From Octopus bimaculoides (Eukaryota), in contig NC_068987.1 in the NCBI RefSeq assembly GCF_001194135.2, forward strand, positions 10,434,179-10,498,178: DNA of 64,000 nt, read 5' to 3'. The notes beneath the pieces are model-generated. The model searched no databases and was not told the DNA's origin. It was given only the letters and a program-made list of their open reading frames with translations. Both the position numbers and the translations under genes were made by a program. How positions within the stretch are numbered: position 1 is the stretch's first letter; each line of letters starts with the position of its first letter. Positions 23,031 through 36,936 of the stretch are shown here, piece by piece.

Positions 23031-25007
23031 CAAGGGAGTTGGCTCCTTTGCAAGAATGTGGACTCAGTTCCTAGTTTGAAGATCCTTTCCTCTCTCTCCC
23101 TTCTTCTCACCAGTGTCAGAGACCTTGTAAAAAGTTTTGAGCATCGTCTTTACCTTCTATTAAAAGATTAAAAACCCAAATTGTTGACTTACGGTTGTCT
23201 GAGATGAATGCAACTGTATGAATTCTACAAGTCTTGGAGAACACATGAAGCCAGCGGCAGCCTCTTTCTCCAGACTAAAGTGCTACAACAATAACAACAA
23301 CAGCAACAGCTTCAACTTTGATTTTCGATTTTACTCTTCTCCACTATACTGTAATGCATTACTGTCTACTAAAATAGAAAAAAACTGAATATATAATCTT
23401 GAAAAATTTTTGGTGACAATAAGTTCAAAGCCTGAAGAGAAAAAAAATGATTGAAAAAGATTTTTAGATTCCTGAACATGCATATTTTATGGATTCAACA
23501 TTAATTAGTGATGCTCTTAAAGATTTCCATGTTTTGTGAAATGAAAGCAAAAAACGAAATGAGGAAAATAGTGGTTGGAACAAAGATATGTCAGAAAATA
23601 CTTTTAAAAATTTGTATGAATGATGTAGTGTTTCGATTCTTAGTTAGAACTGTTTCATTTTATGTTTGGTAATGTGCTTTTTGGAAGCAGCATTGGTAGA
23701 TCAATTTTATCGTTTTCTTTCTTTCTTGTAAATCTGGAGTGTAAAGCCTGAGTTAAAAAGAAGAACAACAACAAAAAAAAAAAAAAAAAAAAAAAAAAGA
23801 AAACAAAGAAGAATGAAAAGAAAATGGAAACGTTTACATAATCTTATGAATTCTTTGAATGAAGCATGATGGTTTTGAGATTAAGGTGCTGAAATCCTGA
23901 CAACAAGATTAGGATTTCAAACTTTGCTACAATATTTGTGTCGTTTGTTGCCATTGGGGAAAAGAAGAACTAATCTGCTGGCCTCAGTGTTTCTAGACAG
24001 CAACAAAATCTATTCCGACTTTTCAAATGGTGGGAGGAAAAGCACCAAACAAAAAAAAAAATCAAACAAACAAACGGATATATAAATATACAAATAAATA
24101 AAAAACGTTGCTCAGACATTATGCAATTAACAAAATTTGTGAAAAATCAACCCACTGACACTAATATGATAGAAATGGCTGCGAAAATATTACAAAACAG
24201 TTAAGAATATGGTATTGTTTGTATAAACATACAATGTTTATATAAACATGTAGTGTTTATATAAACAGTATGTGTTTATTTAAAGAATGTAATCACATTT
24301 ATTATTTCTATGGATGTTTAAGATATTTATATACCATCTTTCATTTTATGTGTGTATCTCTCTCTCTCTCTCTCTCTCTAGCTCTTTCTTACTTTCTTTC
24401 TTTCTTGCACCCTCTCTGTCGGTTAATCCAAGACTATATTCTTCAATCTATGGAACGTCGGTTAAATATCTGAGTACATTCTTCAATCTAAGCATCAATG
24501 CGCTCTTTAACCGACAAATATGTTCTTTAAGATGCAAGTATAATCTATCATTTGCAAAATGTATCATTTTTTTTTTCCTCTTTTATTTCTCTTTCGTTAT
24601 TTTTATTATTATTTTTTTTTTCATATCTGTGGATGATATGTTCTTTAATCTGTGAAAATATTATTTGATCTCTGCATATGTGTACTATAAACATACATAA
24701 TACAAACACACATACACACATGTCGAGACACACACACACACACACACACATATACATACATATATATACATACACACATATATGCATATATACATATAAA
24801 TCATATATATATTTACATACACATACATAAATACATACATATATACATACATATATATACATACACACACACACATATATATAGACATATATGTATAAAC
24901 ACATATATATATATATATATATATACATATGTTTATAAAACAAATGAATATATGAATATAGATATATACATCTACATATACGTACACATACAAGACACAT
25001 ATATATA

Positions 25008-25059
<52 letters not shown>

Positions 25060-25865
25060 TATACATACCTATATATATGTATGCATGTATATATGTATAT
25101 ATGTATATATATATACGTATATATANNNNNNNNNNNNNNNNNNNNNNNNNNNNNNNNNNNNNNNNNNNNNNNNNNNNNNNNNNNNNNNNNNNNNNNNNNN
25201 NNNNNNNNNNNNNNNNNNNNNNNNNNNNNNNNNNNNNNNNNNNNNNNNNNNNNNNNNNNNNNNNNNNNNNNNNNNNNNNNNNNNNNNNNNNNNNNNNNNN
25301 NNNNNNNNNNNNNNNNNNNNNNNNNNNNNNNNNNNNNNNNNNNNNNNNNNNNNNNNNNNNNNNNNNNNNNNNNNNNNNNNNNNNNNNNNNNNNNNNNNNN
25401 NNNNNNNNNNNNNNNNNNNNNNNNNNNNNNNNNNNNNNNNNNNNNNNNNNNNNNNNNNNNNNNNNNNNNNNNNNNNNNNNNNNNNNNNNNNNNNNNNNNN
25501 NNNNNNNNNNNNNNNNNNNNNNNNNNNNNNNNNNNNNNNNNNNNNNNNNNNNNNNNNNNNNNNNNNNNNNNNNNNNNNNNNNNNNNNNNNNNNNNNNNNN
25601 NNNNNNNNNNNNNNNNNNNNNNNNNNNNNNNNNNNNNNNNNNNNNNNNNNNNNNNNNNNNNNNNNNNNNNNNNNNNNNNNNNNNNNNNNNNNNNNNNNNN
25701 NNNNNNNNNNNNNNNNNNNNNNNNNNNNNNNNNNNNNNNNNNNNNNNNNNNNNNNNNNNNNNNNNNNNNNNNNNNNNNNNNNNNNNNNNNNNNNNNNNNN
25801 NNNNNNNNNNNNNNNNNNNNNNNNNNNNNNNNNNNNNNNNNNNNNNNNNNNNNNNNNNNNNNNNN

Positions 25866-25915
<50 letters not shown>

Positions 25916-26191
25916 GCATATATACATATACATATATACAGATATGGGTACATACATACACATAATCATATGCATTCATACATAAATATATATATGTATG
26001 AAACCTGTCAACGCAATCTCCAAATTTTTCTCTGTGTGAAGAGAATAACAACATGTATTTACATTTGTTTACTTTCTACTGTGCAGTCATTGTAAACTAT
26101 AGGCTAGATGCATTTATCTTAGATTTTCTAATTTGCAGTGTCTCTGTATAATGTGTGCGTATACATACATACACACTTGTGTGTGCATATC

Positions 26192-26222
<31 letters not shown>

Positions 26223-26269
26223 GTATGTGTGGGTATGTGTATGTATATCTTTTATTCTTTTCTTTTATT

Positions 26270-26476
26270 ATTTTACTTGTTTCAGTCATTTGACTGTGGC
26301 CATGCTACAGCAATACCTTTACTCGAACAAATTGACCTGAGGACTTATTCTTTATAAGTCTAGTACTTATTCTATCGAACTCTTATTGCTGAACCGCTAG
26401 GTACAGGGATGTAAGCACACCAACATCAGTTGTCAAACAATGGTGGTGGTGGTGGGGGGGACAAACACAGACACGC

Positions 26477-26518
<42 letters not shown>

Positions 26519-26678
26519 CAGGCTTCTTTCAGTTTCCGTCTACAAAATCCACTCACAAGGCTTTGGTCGGCCCGAGGCTATAGTGGAAGACACTTGCCCA
26601 AGGTACCATGCAGTGCGACTGAACCCGGAACCATGTGGTTCGTAAGCAAGCTACTGACCACACAGCCACTCCTACGCC
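26270..26678 (-). mobile_element. SINE family A, full length
   Basis: Both modules plus central microsatellite; ends cacagccactcctacgcc. Confidence 0.9.
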
Positions 26679-27467
26679 TATATGTATGTATTTATGTATG
26701 TATGTATACATGAATGCATGAATGTATGTATGTATTTATGTATGTATGTATTAATGTATGCATGTATACATGAATGCATGTATGTATTTATGTATGTATG
26801 TATGAATGTATGTATGTATGTATGTATGTATGTATTTATGTATGTATGTATGTGTGCCNNNNNNNNNNNNNNNNNNNNNNNNNNNNNNNNNNNNNNNNNN
26901 NNNNNNNNNNNNNNNNNNNNNNNNNNNNNNNNNNNNNNNNNNNNNNNNNNNNNNNNNNNNNNNNNNNNNNNNNNNNNNNNNNNNNNNNNNNNNNNNNNNN
27001 NNNNNNNNNNNNNNNNNNNNNNNNNGCATGTATGTATTTATGTATGTATGTATGAATGTATGTATGTATGTATGTATGTATGTATTTATGTATGTATGTA
27101 TGTGTGCCAAAAGCAATTTGAGAGACTAATAACTTTGGGAACCGTACAGCAACTCAAAGACTAATAGTAAAAAAGTGATTTTTCTCAACTGAGTACAACG
27201 AACACTCTGTCATATTTGTGAAAAATCAAAAACAAACAGAAAAAGAAAAAAAGCTGCATAACAGAAACGCCACCTGGGAGAAGAAAATTAAAGTGACAAA
27301 GAAAGAATGGCAAAGAAAAGACAAAAATAGAACAAAAACAAAATTCCAATAGAACGGCTTAGAAGAATCTCGCCATATTTCCATGACAACCAGATGGCAT
27401 TAATCAAAATTGAAGCTAAATTTTTTAAGAAGATATTATTTTGCATGTAATTTTTTTTCTTTCACAG

Positions 27468-27601
27468 AGTACACAGACATGTAATTAAGATGATCAGAAT
27501 ATAGTTTACTCCAGAGTACAGGTTAACCATTCCAGATATGACAGATTTTAATAATAACACTTTGACACAGTTTTCAGCATCAGTGAGTGATAGAGTGACA
27601 G
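27468..27601 (+). other. Candidate exon (unverified)
   Basis: Strong acceptor tttttttctttcacag; ATG at 27538 (MTDFNNNTLTQFSAS); donor-like GTGAGT at 27583 or CAG/GTGTAG at 27602. No homology recognised. Confidence 0.2.
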
Positions 27602-27656
27602 GTGTAGGGTCACATGCAATATGCGTGTGTGTATATATAAATATGCACATATGCCT

Positions 27657-27696
<40 letters not shown>

Positions 27697-27747
27697 ACAC
27701 ACACGCATACACATGTGTATATGCGTATATATGTTTCTACATATGTT

Positions 27748-27796
<49 letters not shown>

Positions 27797-28677
27797 TTAC
27801 ATATATGTGTATATGTGTATGTATTGATCTGTAGATATATATGTATATGTGTGTGTATATATATGTTCATTATTACAGGAAAAATGTTGGCAGTGACTTA
27901 GTGACTAACAAGTTTTGGCAAGGAACCTGAAAATTCTAAGTTACCACTAATGTTTTCTCTGTAAAAGTTAATGAGAATGTACTCTACTAAAAAGCATTGA
28001 GTAATCCCTCAATTTAATATTAAAATGGTTTTATATAGGAGTTAGCATAATATATATACATACATATATATATGTATATTCTAAAAATAAATCATTCTCA
28101 AAAATTAATGTGATTTGCATGCTAGTCTGAACTGAAAAAGCGAAATATTTTGATGCTGCCCTCATGAGCAGAAATTTGTTTAACAAACCTGGTCAACCCT
28201 ATTTTGGATTCGGAAAGGACACACATGTATACAAATGCATGCACACAAACACATGCATGTATGCATGTACACACACACACACACGCACACACACACACAT
28301 ACACACATACACACACAACTGAGATGGTTGAACAATAGCTAACAATTGTTATGAAGTAACGTCTTTCCTCCTGCAAAATGCTATAACTTTTCACTAGGTT
28401 TTATTCCAGTGATTCTTACCAACATTAAACCAACTAAGACTTATATATACCCTTAGTATAAAAGTGACATGCACTTCCTGGCAGCATGTCTCAATATTGT
28501 TAAGTTCTACAGTCAGTGAAAGACTCATAGTATTACTGTGACCATTTATATATAATAAAAAAAGAAGAGATGTGACGTTTTGAGCATGGCACTTCATCAG
28601 AAAGAGGAAAAAGTCCAGAGAGAAGGAAAAAAATATTCTGAGAAAAGTATGTGTTTTGTTATATGACTGAAAAAACA

Positions 28678-29066
28678 GGCGTGACTGTGTGGTAAGAAGC
28701 TTGCTTTCCAACCACATGGTTCCGGGTTCATTCCCACTGAATGGCACCTTGGGCAAGTGTCTTCTACTATAGCCTCAGGCCGACCAAAGCCTTGTGGGTG
28801 GATTTGGTAGACAGAAACTGAAAGAAGCCCGTTGTGCATATATATGTATATATATTTATGTGTGTGTATCGTTGTGTCTGTGTTTATCCTCCCAACATCA
28901 CTTGACAACCGATGTTGGTGTGTTTACGTCTCTATAACTTAGCAGTTCAGCAAAAGAGAATGATAGAATGAGTACTAGGCTCAGAAAGAATAAGTCCCGG
29001 GATCGATTTCTTCGACTAAAGGTGGTGCTCCAGCATGGCCACAGTCAAATGGCTGAAACAAGTAAG
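28678..29066 (+). mobile_element. SINE family A, near full length
   Basis: ggcgtgactgtgtggtaagaagcttgc...ggctgaaacaagtaag. Confidence 0.9.
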
Positions 29067-29093
29067 CAAGTGTATAAATATATGAAATGCATG

Positions 29094-29240
29094 TCTTTCA
29101 GTTTCCATGTACCAAATCCATTCGGAATACTTTGGTCGTCGTGGAGATATAGTGGAAGGCTCGAGGTGCCACACAGTGGGACTGAACCAAAGTCCACATG
29201 GTTGAGAAGCAAACTTCTTAATTATACAGCCATGCCTGCA
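29094..29240 (-). mobile_element. SINE family A 5' module, diverged
   Basis: tctttcagtttccatgtaccaaatcc...gggactgaacc...tacagccatgcctgc. Confidence 0.75.
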
Positions 29241-29464
29241 GCATATACGTATACATGTGTGTGTGTGTGTGTGTGTATGTGTGTCTGTGTGTGTACGTGT
29301 TTATGCATGTGTGTGTGCATGGATGTGTGTGCATGGTTGTGTGCGTATGTGTGATTGTGTGTAAGTGTGGTTGAGTGTGTGTGTGTGTGTGTGCGCGTGC
29401 ATGTATTTACTCATTTACATGTACTGAGTAATCTTTACACAAATCGCTAACATAATACCACACA

Positions 29465-29640
29465 CACGTTTCGTGTTTGCTTTCCCATGCTGGTGTAAGT
29501 CAGATGGTTTATCTGAAGCAATGCTTTTGCGGACAAATGCACTTCCTGTTGAGAACCCTCACTTGTTTCCAGGAAAAGGTCTAATTTTTGCCTGGTCTGG
29601 TCTATCGAACAGCAAACAGCCAAGATAAACTTTTCTGGAA
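29465..29640 (-). mobile_element. Family E' SINE remnant
   Basis: ttcccatgctggtgtaagtcaga...atgcacttcctgttgagaaccctcacttgtttcc. Confidence 0.5.
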
Positions 29641-30094
29641 AATTGCAAAGAAATGACATTATTTTGTATGTGCATATCAAGACAAGGAAAACACACCCTC
29701 ATGCACACATACATACACATATACATACATACATACATACACATACATACACATACATACACATATACACATTTACACACACTCTCACACATACCCATAC
29801 ACAAATCAAGGTGAGTCAAAGGTTTTTTCGGATTTTCACTGATGATATCTGATAATTTTATCGCCATTTTATATCGTTAATTTGATACAGCTCGTTGTCC
29901 AATCATTGCTGTATTGTTTGTTCTTTATTTTCATATACGACATATAAACATAAAATTTTTTTATTGTTTATTTTACAGCTTTGATAACGAATAGTGAAGT
30001 AAATAGCAATTAGAGCCATTTTATGTTACCTGAAGAAAAAAAGGGGTGGAGGGGGGGTGGCTGAGTGCAAGAGCAGTGGCAAAAGTAATTAATG

Positions 30095-30425
30095 ATGGGA
30101 AAAGCACAGGAACTGTCAATGAACGTGCAACACAAAATTAGTTCAGATGTTTGAAGGAAGGTGACATCAGCCTCAAAAACAAACCAAGGTCAGGGAGACT
30201 TTTGTTGCAGAAGATTAGGTCTTGCTTAAAATGACTGGACAACAACCCAGCACAAGCGCTCATATGTTGTAGGCAGAACTTGGTCCTTCACAAAGCACCA
30301 CCAATTACCATAATCTGGGCCTTGTGAATAGATGCTGTTGAGTAGATCCTCATGGATTGCCCAATGGCCAGGCTCAACATATGGGCATTTACAAACAACT
30401 GCTAGAAAATCCTAAAGATTAACCT
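30095..30425 (+). mobile_element. Decayed mariner transposase, second family (HTH to WVPHEL region)
   Basis: GTVNERATQN*FRCLKEGDISLKNKPRSGR ... VDPHGLPNGQAQ...KQLLENPKD. Confidence 0.65.
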
Positions 30426-30464
30426 TTTCCCATCCACCTACCCCAATACAAGCTCCCACACATA

Positions 30465-30650
30465 TTCTTTTCTACTCTAGGCACAAGGCCTGAAATTTTG
30501 GGGGAGGGGACCAGTCGATTAGATCGACCCCAGTGCGCAACTGGTACTTAATTTTATCAACTCCGAAAGGACGAAAGGCAAAGTTGACCTTGGCGGAATT
30601 TGAACTCAGAACATAAAGACAGACAAAATACTGCTAATATATATAATACT
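30465..30650 (-). mobile_element. SINE family B
   Basis: ttctactctaggcacaaggcctgaaattttggggagggg...gaaaggacgaaaggcaaagttgacc. Confidence 0.85.
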
Positions 30651-31425
30651 GTACACTTCGATNNNNNNNNNNAAAGACAGACAAAATACTGCTAATATAT
30701 ATAATACTGTACACTTCGATTTATATATATATATATATAATATATAAGTGTGTGAGTGTATGTATGTATGTATGTATGTATATGTGTATGTATGTATATA
30801 TATGTGTGCAGGTTGTAGCAGTAGTGGCAATTGTAGAGGTGGTGAAGGACGTAGAACTTGTCAGAGTGAATGAGAAGGTAGTACTTTTTGAGACTGTGGT
30901 GACAGCGAAGATAGAGATGGTGACAGAGCTGGTAGACACAGTGGAGTTTGTGGTGGTGTTGGTGTTGGTGTTGGTGTTGGTGGTGGGTTCTGGGGGGCTG
31001 CAATTCTCCAATCGTTGCTGCTCTGTACACATGACTATTTGATAACCTCCAAAACTGGGTTGACTATCAAACTCTTCTTCAGAATTATTGTTTGGTGAGA
31101 CTTTTCTCAGTTTCTTAATTCTAGGGAGGTCATTTAAACAGCTGTGCACTCTTTAGGGCTTGACTCTTGCATAGCAAAAATGTTATCGCAATGAAACAAA
31201 TGTCACTTTGGGATTCTTAGAATTTTCAATTTGTCACTTGTTTTTTTCCTAAATTCTTATTTTCTTTCTGAAGTCAAACGGTATATGTGTTTGTTAGAAA
31301 ATGATAATTTACCATGTTGTGTAAGTAACCCTTTTACAAGTTAAACACAGAATTTTCAAGGCAGCCTTCAACATTTTTCTATCCCAAGTTTTTTTTTTCA
31401 ATCCAGTCTTTTGTGTTTTGTTGAA

Positions 31426-31640
31426 GGCGGTCATCTCACAGAATCGTTAGCAAGGCGGGTGAAATGCTTAGCCATATTTCGTCTCTCTTTACATTCTAAG
31501 TTCAATTTCTGCCAAGGTCAACTTTGCCTTTCATCCTTTCAGGGTCGATAAATTAAGTACCAGTTGTGTACTGGGGTCCATCTAATCGATTGTCCCCTCC
31601 CCCAAAATTTCAGGCTTTGTGCCTAGTGTAGAAAAGATTA
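31426..31640 (+). mobile_element. SINE family B
   Basis: aggcggtcatctcacagaatcgttagc...ctttgcctttcatcctttcagggtcgataaattaagtaccag. Confidence 0.85.
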
Positions 31641-31644
31641 TCAA

Positions 31645-31857
31645 AGGTGGCAAGCTGACTGAAACGTTAGCATGCTGGGTGAAATGCTTTGTGGTATTTC
31701 GTCTATCTTTACATCCTGAGTTCAATTTCCACCAAGGTCAACTTTACCTTTCATTCTTTCGGGGGTTGATAAATTAAGTACCAGTTGTGTACTGGGATCA
31801 CTCTATCTGACTGGTCCCCTCCCCCAAAATTTCGGGCCTTGTGCCTAGAGTAGAAAG
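31645..31857 (+). mobile_element. SINE family B, tandem second copy
   Basis: ggtggcaagctgactgaaacgttagc...gtgcctagagtagaaag. Confidence 0.85.
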
Positions 31858-32714
31858 GAATATAATAATTTGCCATTTTGTGTATGTAACCCTTTTACAA
31901 GTCAAAAGGGCTCATAATGTTGTGCCTCTTTTCTGGAACGCAGAATTTTCAAGGCAGCTTCCGACTTTTTCCAATCCAAAGGATTTTTTTTTTCAATCCA
32001 ATCGCCATGTTCTGTTGCAGGCAGTCATCTGGTAGAGTCATTAGCACACCAGAAAATTATGGCATTTCTTCCAGCTTTTTGTGCTAACTTCTTGTCCATG
32101 ACAAAAATCGCAAACTACAGCATACATGTGATCACAAAAACGCAGGTTTCTCAACTTGTGAAGTAAACAGAGCTATGTCACTAGGTGCATTGCTTCATGA
32201 AGGTCACTGCTAGCTCTCACTGAGCATGCAACAGTGTGCTGCCATCTGTTGGCATGCGGCAGTCAGAGATAACAGTTGAAAACTAGAGTCAATCTAATTT
32301 GAAACCAATATTTATAAGCAGTTATTTATAGCTTTGTTTGCTTCAAGGTTCACTGTTCCAAAAGAAATATTGTTTCACGTTCTCTTGAAAGATTATAAAT
32401 TATTGTGATGTCCTCCTCCTCCTCTTCCTCCTCCTCATCATCATCATCATCACCACCACCACCACCACCACCACCACCACTACCACCACCACCACCACNN
32501 NNNNNNNNNNNNNNNNNNNNNNNNNNNNNNNNNNNNNNNNNNNNNNNNNNNNNNNNNNNNNNNNNNNNNNNNNNNNNNNNNNNNNNNNNNNNNNNNNNNN
32601 NNNNNNNNNNNNNNNNNNNNNNNNNNNNNNNNNNNNNNNNNNNNNNNNNNNNNNNNNNNNNNNNNNNNNNNNAACCACCACCACCACCACCACCACCACC
32701 ACCATCATCATCAC

Positions 32715-32751
<37 letters not shown>

Positions 32752-32756
<5 letters not shown>

Positions 32757-32975
32757 TTAACATCTGTTCTCCATGCTGACATGGGTTGGACAGTTTGACA
32801 GGAGCTGACCAACTGGAGAGCTGCCTGGACTCCATTCGCCTGTTTTAATGCCTGCATTCCACGCTCGCAGGGATTAGACAGTTTGACAGGAACTGATGTG
32901 CCGCCCGAAATACTGAATCGGCCTCCAGTGTCTGCTTTGGTATGATTTTTACTGCTGGATGTCCTTTCTAATACC
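32752..32975 (-). mobile_element. SINE family E 3' end, partly duplicated
   Basis: catttaacatctgttctccatgctgacatgggttggacagtttgacagga; gacagtttgacaggaa recurs at ~32878. Confidence 0.7.
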
Positions 32976-33600
32976 AAACAATATTAACCATCATCATCAT
33001 CATCATCATTGTCATTGTCCTCATCATCGTCGGAAGTGATTCATTCGACTAAAATTTGTCATGGCAGTGCCCTAGCATGGCCATACTCTAATAACTGAAA
33101 CAAGTAATATTCTATACACCCATGGCTGGGTAAATAAAATATTAGTACTTCAATGTTTTATACACCCAGTTGTGTTACTTTTATATTTTAAATGTACCAA
33201 AGAACTGAAATTCCATCAGTTTTTTTGGGCTTTTTTTTTTTAAAGTGCTTATTTATTTTTATGATTTGCACTCTTGTACAGAATCTAGCTGTTTCTCAAT
33301 TATTCTTTTTTTTCTTTTTTTCCTGTTTTAGCCTAAAAACACATATCAATGGTTAGAAATTTGATCCAGTGGAACCTTGCTTTCCAATTATTAAATTGAC
33401 TGGTTTTCTTGAAGTCATTCAAACCACTGAGATTACACGTGTACACATGTGCACACACACACATGCATGCACATGCACTCACATGCACATGCACACACAT
33501 GCATACACACATGCACACACATGCATAAACACATGCACACACATGCACACACATTTATACATATATATGAATATATATCTGTGTATGTGTGTGCATATAT

Positions 33601-34012
33601 ACTCTTTACGCTTTACTCTTTTACTTGTTTCAGTCATTTGACTGTGGCCATGCTGGAGCACCGCCTTTAGTCGAGCAAATCGATCCCAGGACTTATTCTT
33701 TGTAAGCCTAGTACTTATTCTATTGGTCTCTTTTGCCGAACTGTTAAGTTACGGGGACGTAAACACGCCAGCATCAGTTGTCAAGCGATATTGGGGGGAC
33801 AAACACAGACACACAAACACACACACATATATATACATATACATATATATGACGGTCTTCTTTCAGTTTCCATCTACCAAATCCACTCACAAGGCTTTGG
33901 TCGGCCCAAGGCTATAGTAGAAGGCACTTGCCCAAGGTGCCATGCTGTGGGACTGAACCCAGAACCATGTGGTTGGTAAGCAAGCTACTTACCACACAAC
34001 CACTCCTGCACC
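33601..34012 (-). mobile_element. SINE family A, full length
   Basis: Canonical modules; ends cacaaccactcctgcacc. Confidence 0.9.
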
Positions 34013-34386
34013 TATATATATATACATACATACATGCATACATGCATATATATGTATATATATATATATATGTATAAGTAAGAGTCAAATTTAGGCCAAT
34101 AAAATTCACATATACATTTATATTTATTCAGCCCTAGACCCAACATGGATGAATTTCCTCAAAAGCATATTCAATATATCAAACATATTAAAAATATATA
34201 GATATATGAAAATATGCATATAAATATACATATAAAAATATGAAAATATATAGATATATATACATTAAAATATATATTTAAAAAATAAATACAAATATAG
34301 GTTGATGTACAGATTATAAAATGAAGTCATAAAAGGAGATAAGAGTCTATAAGATAAAAAGTTTGAGTGTTACTAATCCAGTTAAT

Positions 34387-34475
34387 AATCTTACAGCCGT
34401 TTCTGGGGATCAGGTTGTTCAGTCATAAAAAAGATACTTACATCCAAATTTGGACACCGCCTCCGTCATCAGGGG
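34387..34475 (-). ncRNA. Degenerate hammerhead-like motif (family D type)
   Basis: Minus strand CUGAUGA-cggagg...tcccca-GAAAC-GGCU-GUA-agau; stems I and II are poorly paired. Confidence 0.4.
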
Positions 34476-34717
34476 AAATAAATTTCAAGAACAGCTCACA
34501 TGTATTGAGTTTTTCTCATGGGAATTACCTGCTGAGTGTTTTTATAAAGTTATATGCAAAAAAAAACAGGAAGTGGAAGTGTTTTTGAGTGGTTGGAAGA
34601 AGAGATACAATGCATGGAAAGATAAGGCTACTGATGGTTCTATAGGTAGAGGATAAATGGAGGGGAGTGTTGTTTTATTTTTCCACAAAAGTTTCAATTG
34701 GTGTGGAGGCTGGTTCT

Positions 34718-34896
34718 CAACTCGAAGTTGCCTGGAGGCCGTGATTGAAGCCAATGGCGATTTTCTTGAAAAAATTTACTCTTTAGTATTTCAAGATATT
34801 TTCACGTAATTTTGGTCAATATATCGGTTAAAATGAGATGTCAGTGTTACTTTCATTTTTGTGTAATTTAGATGGCAGGGTATTCATTGTACCCTG
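34718..34896 (+). mobile_element. Tc1/mariner-superfamily 3' end with TIR
   Basis: RSCLEAVIEANGDFLE (typical RLEAVIxAxG C-terminus); ends ...gtaccctg-TA. Confidence 0.7.
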
Positions 34897-34964
34897 TATA
34901 TACAGAGAGATAGAAAGAGAGAAAGAAAGAGAAAGATTTATACACATTTATATACATATATACT

Positions 34965-35021
<57 letters not shown>

Positions 35022-35115
35022 GCATATCATAAATGCATATACAGTTTATCCCTTTTATACTCTTTTCAAAGTAACTCTTGTTTTTTAGTGGGCAAATAAA
35101 GCCGAGTACCAGAGA

Positions 35116-35700
35116 ATGGACAAAATTAATATCAATGCATCCCCTAAGCATATTCCTATACTGCCAAAAAAAGAATATATTAAAGACCTTATATACAAAG
35201 CCAATTCTTTCATACACAGATTGGGATGGCAGATATATTTCCATGACAGAAAAGAGGAAGGCTCTAAGACTGCAACAGATGAACAGATACAGTGAATTTT
35301 TAAAACGAGGAAATGCCCATCATCGAAACTACACCTAGCTGCCTTTGAAGATGAACTCTGGAGTATTGTTAGGAATATTAAATTCCATAAATTCACCAAA
35401 AAGAAAACATCAACACCTGCAGAAACTACACTCCCTAATTAAGGAGCTTAAGGAAAAAGAAGGAATTTTAGTACACACGGATAACACGAGTAACTTGTAC
35501 TGTTTAACTCAATGCCATTACAATACACTACTCAAAAAAGAAATAAGTAAAATTTATAAAATCATGAATCCTAATGACCGCACATAACTTAACCTGCAAG
35601 CTAAAGTTAGTATGGAAAACTATAATTTAGAATGTAAAGCTGACAATTAACTGTAATATAAATGAACATTTTAGAACCATGATTCAATTGTAATACCAGT
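35116..35700 (+). mobile_element. Decayed Penelope-like element ORF, N-terminal part
   Basis: Broken frames MDKININASPKHIPILPKKEYIKDL / SFIHRLGWQIYF / KTRKCPSSKLHLAAFEDELWSIVRNIKFHKF / ILVHTDNTSNLY...HYNTLLKKEISKIYK match the PLE pattern NIPIP..RMRWK..FEEDL..IKF..ADKTxNLY. Confidence 0.75.
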
Positions 35701-36199
35701 AGAGGTGATTAGAAGACCAGGATTCAATTTGATTTAATAAGTAACACTATTACCATCAACTGCATACCAACGCAAGAAGTTCGTTTGAACTAGTTCGCTT
35801 TGAAAACGTTGTAAGTGATGGATCCTTGGTAATATTGCAGTGACCAGGATGCATAATTGCATACAGAGCAATGCGCAGTTGCTGCAGAAGAAACGTATGT
35901 CGGTCTGTGTTATGATATATGCTGCAGAAAACTTTTTTATAAAAAAGTTTTGCATGTGAATAAATCTCCATTCTTCTCTTGGTTTTCAATTATATTTGTG
36001 AGTCATCATCATCATCATCATCGTTTAACGTCCGCTTTCCATGCTNNNNNNNNNNNNNNNNNNNNNNNNNNNNNNNNNNNNNNNNNNNNNNNNNNNNNNN
36101 NNNNNNNNNNNNNNNNNNNNNNNNNNNNNNNNNNNNNNNNNNNNNNNNNNNNNNNNNNNNNNNNNNNNNNNNNNNNNNNNNNNNNNNNNNNNNNNNNNN

Positions 36200-36267
<68 letters not shown>

Positions 36268-36285
36268 TGTATGTGTGTGTACGTG

Positions 36286-36485
36286 TGTCAGCTTGTCCCC
36301 CCAACATCGCTTGACAACTGATGCTGGTGTGTTTACGTCCCCGTAACTTAGCAGTTTGGTCAAAGAGACAGATAGAATAAGTACTAGGCTTACAAAGAAT
36401 AAGCTCTGGGGTCAATTTGCTCGACTAAAGGTGCTGCTGCTGCATGGCCGCAGTCAAATAACTGAAACAAGTAAAAGAGTAAAAG
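36286..36485 (+). mobile_element. SINE family A 3' module
   Basis: tgtcccccaacatcgcttgacaactgatgctgg...aacaagtaaaagagtaaaag. Confidence 0.85.
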
Positions 36486-36611
36486 AGATACCATATTTTA
36501 ATGTATATAAGGAATCCCCTAATTTTGGGGGCTTATAATTTTGAAAAATGGTTTTGTAAGGGATTATAATACTGGTTCCTTATGCAGGTTAAAAATACGG
36601 TGTATATGTAC

Positions 36612-36660
<49 letters not shown>

Positions 36661-36900
36661 CATACGAGAGTAAGCACATAAATGTGAAACAAGGTAGTTT
36701 TAAAAAAGTACTCGATTACCAGAGGTAGAGTAATATGCTTTATTAATAAAGCATATGGATATGTATATATATATGTATGTATATATACATATATATATAC
36801 ATATATTTATATATATATATGTATGTATATATGTGTGTGTATGTATATATATATATATATATATATAAAAGTAAATGAGTATANNNNNNNNNNATATACA

Positions 36901-36936
<36 letters not shown>

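Noticed and set aside
26777-27107. Duplicated (TATG)n block ending gtgtgcc
   Set aside because: Same sequence on both sides of a gap; most likely an assembly artefact.
28571-28603. CUGAUGA...AAAACGUC hammerhead-like string on the minus strand
   Set aside because: G12 is absent, stem II has a mismatch, stem I does not pair, and the flanks are not shared with families C or D; compatible with chance.
30615-30720. Exact 48-bp direct repeat
   Set aside because: The copies sit on either side of a 10-N gap; an unmerged contig overlap.
35924-35953. 30-bp A/T palindrome
   Set aside because: Mostly homopolymer pairing; no Helitron CTRR end or other context.
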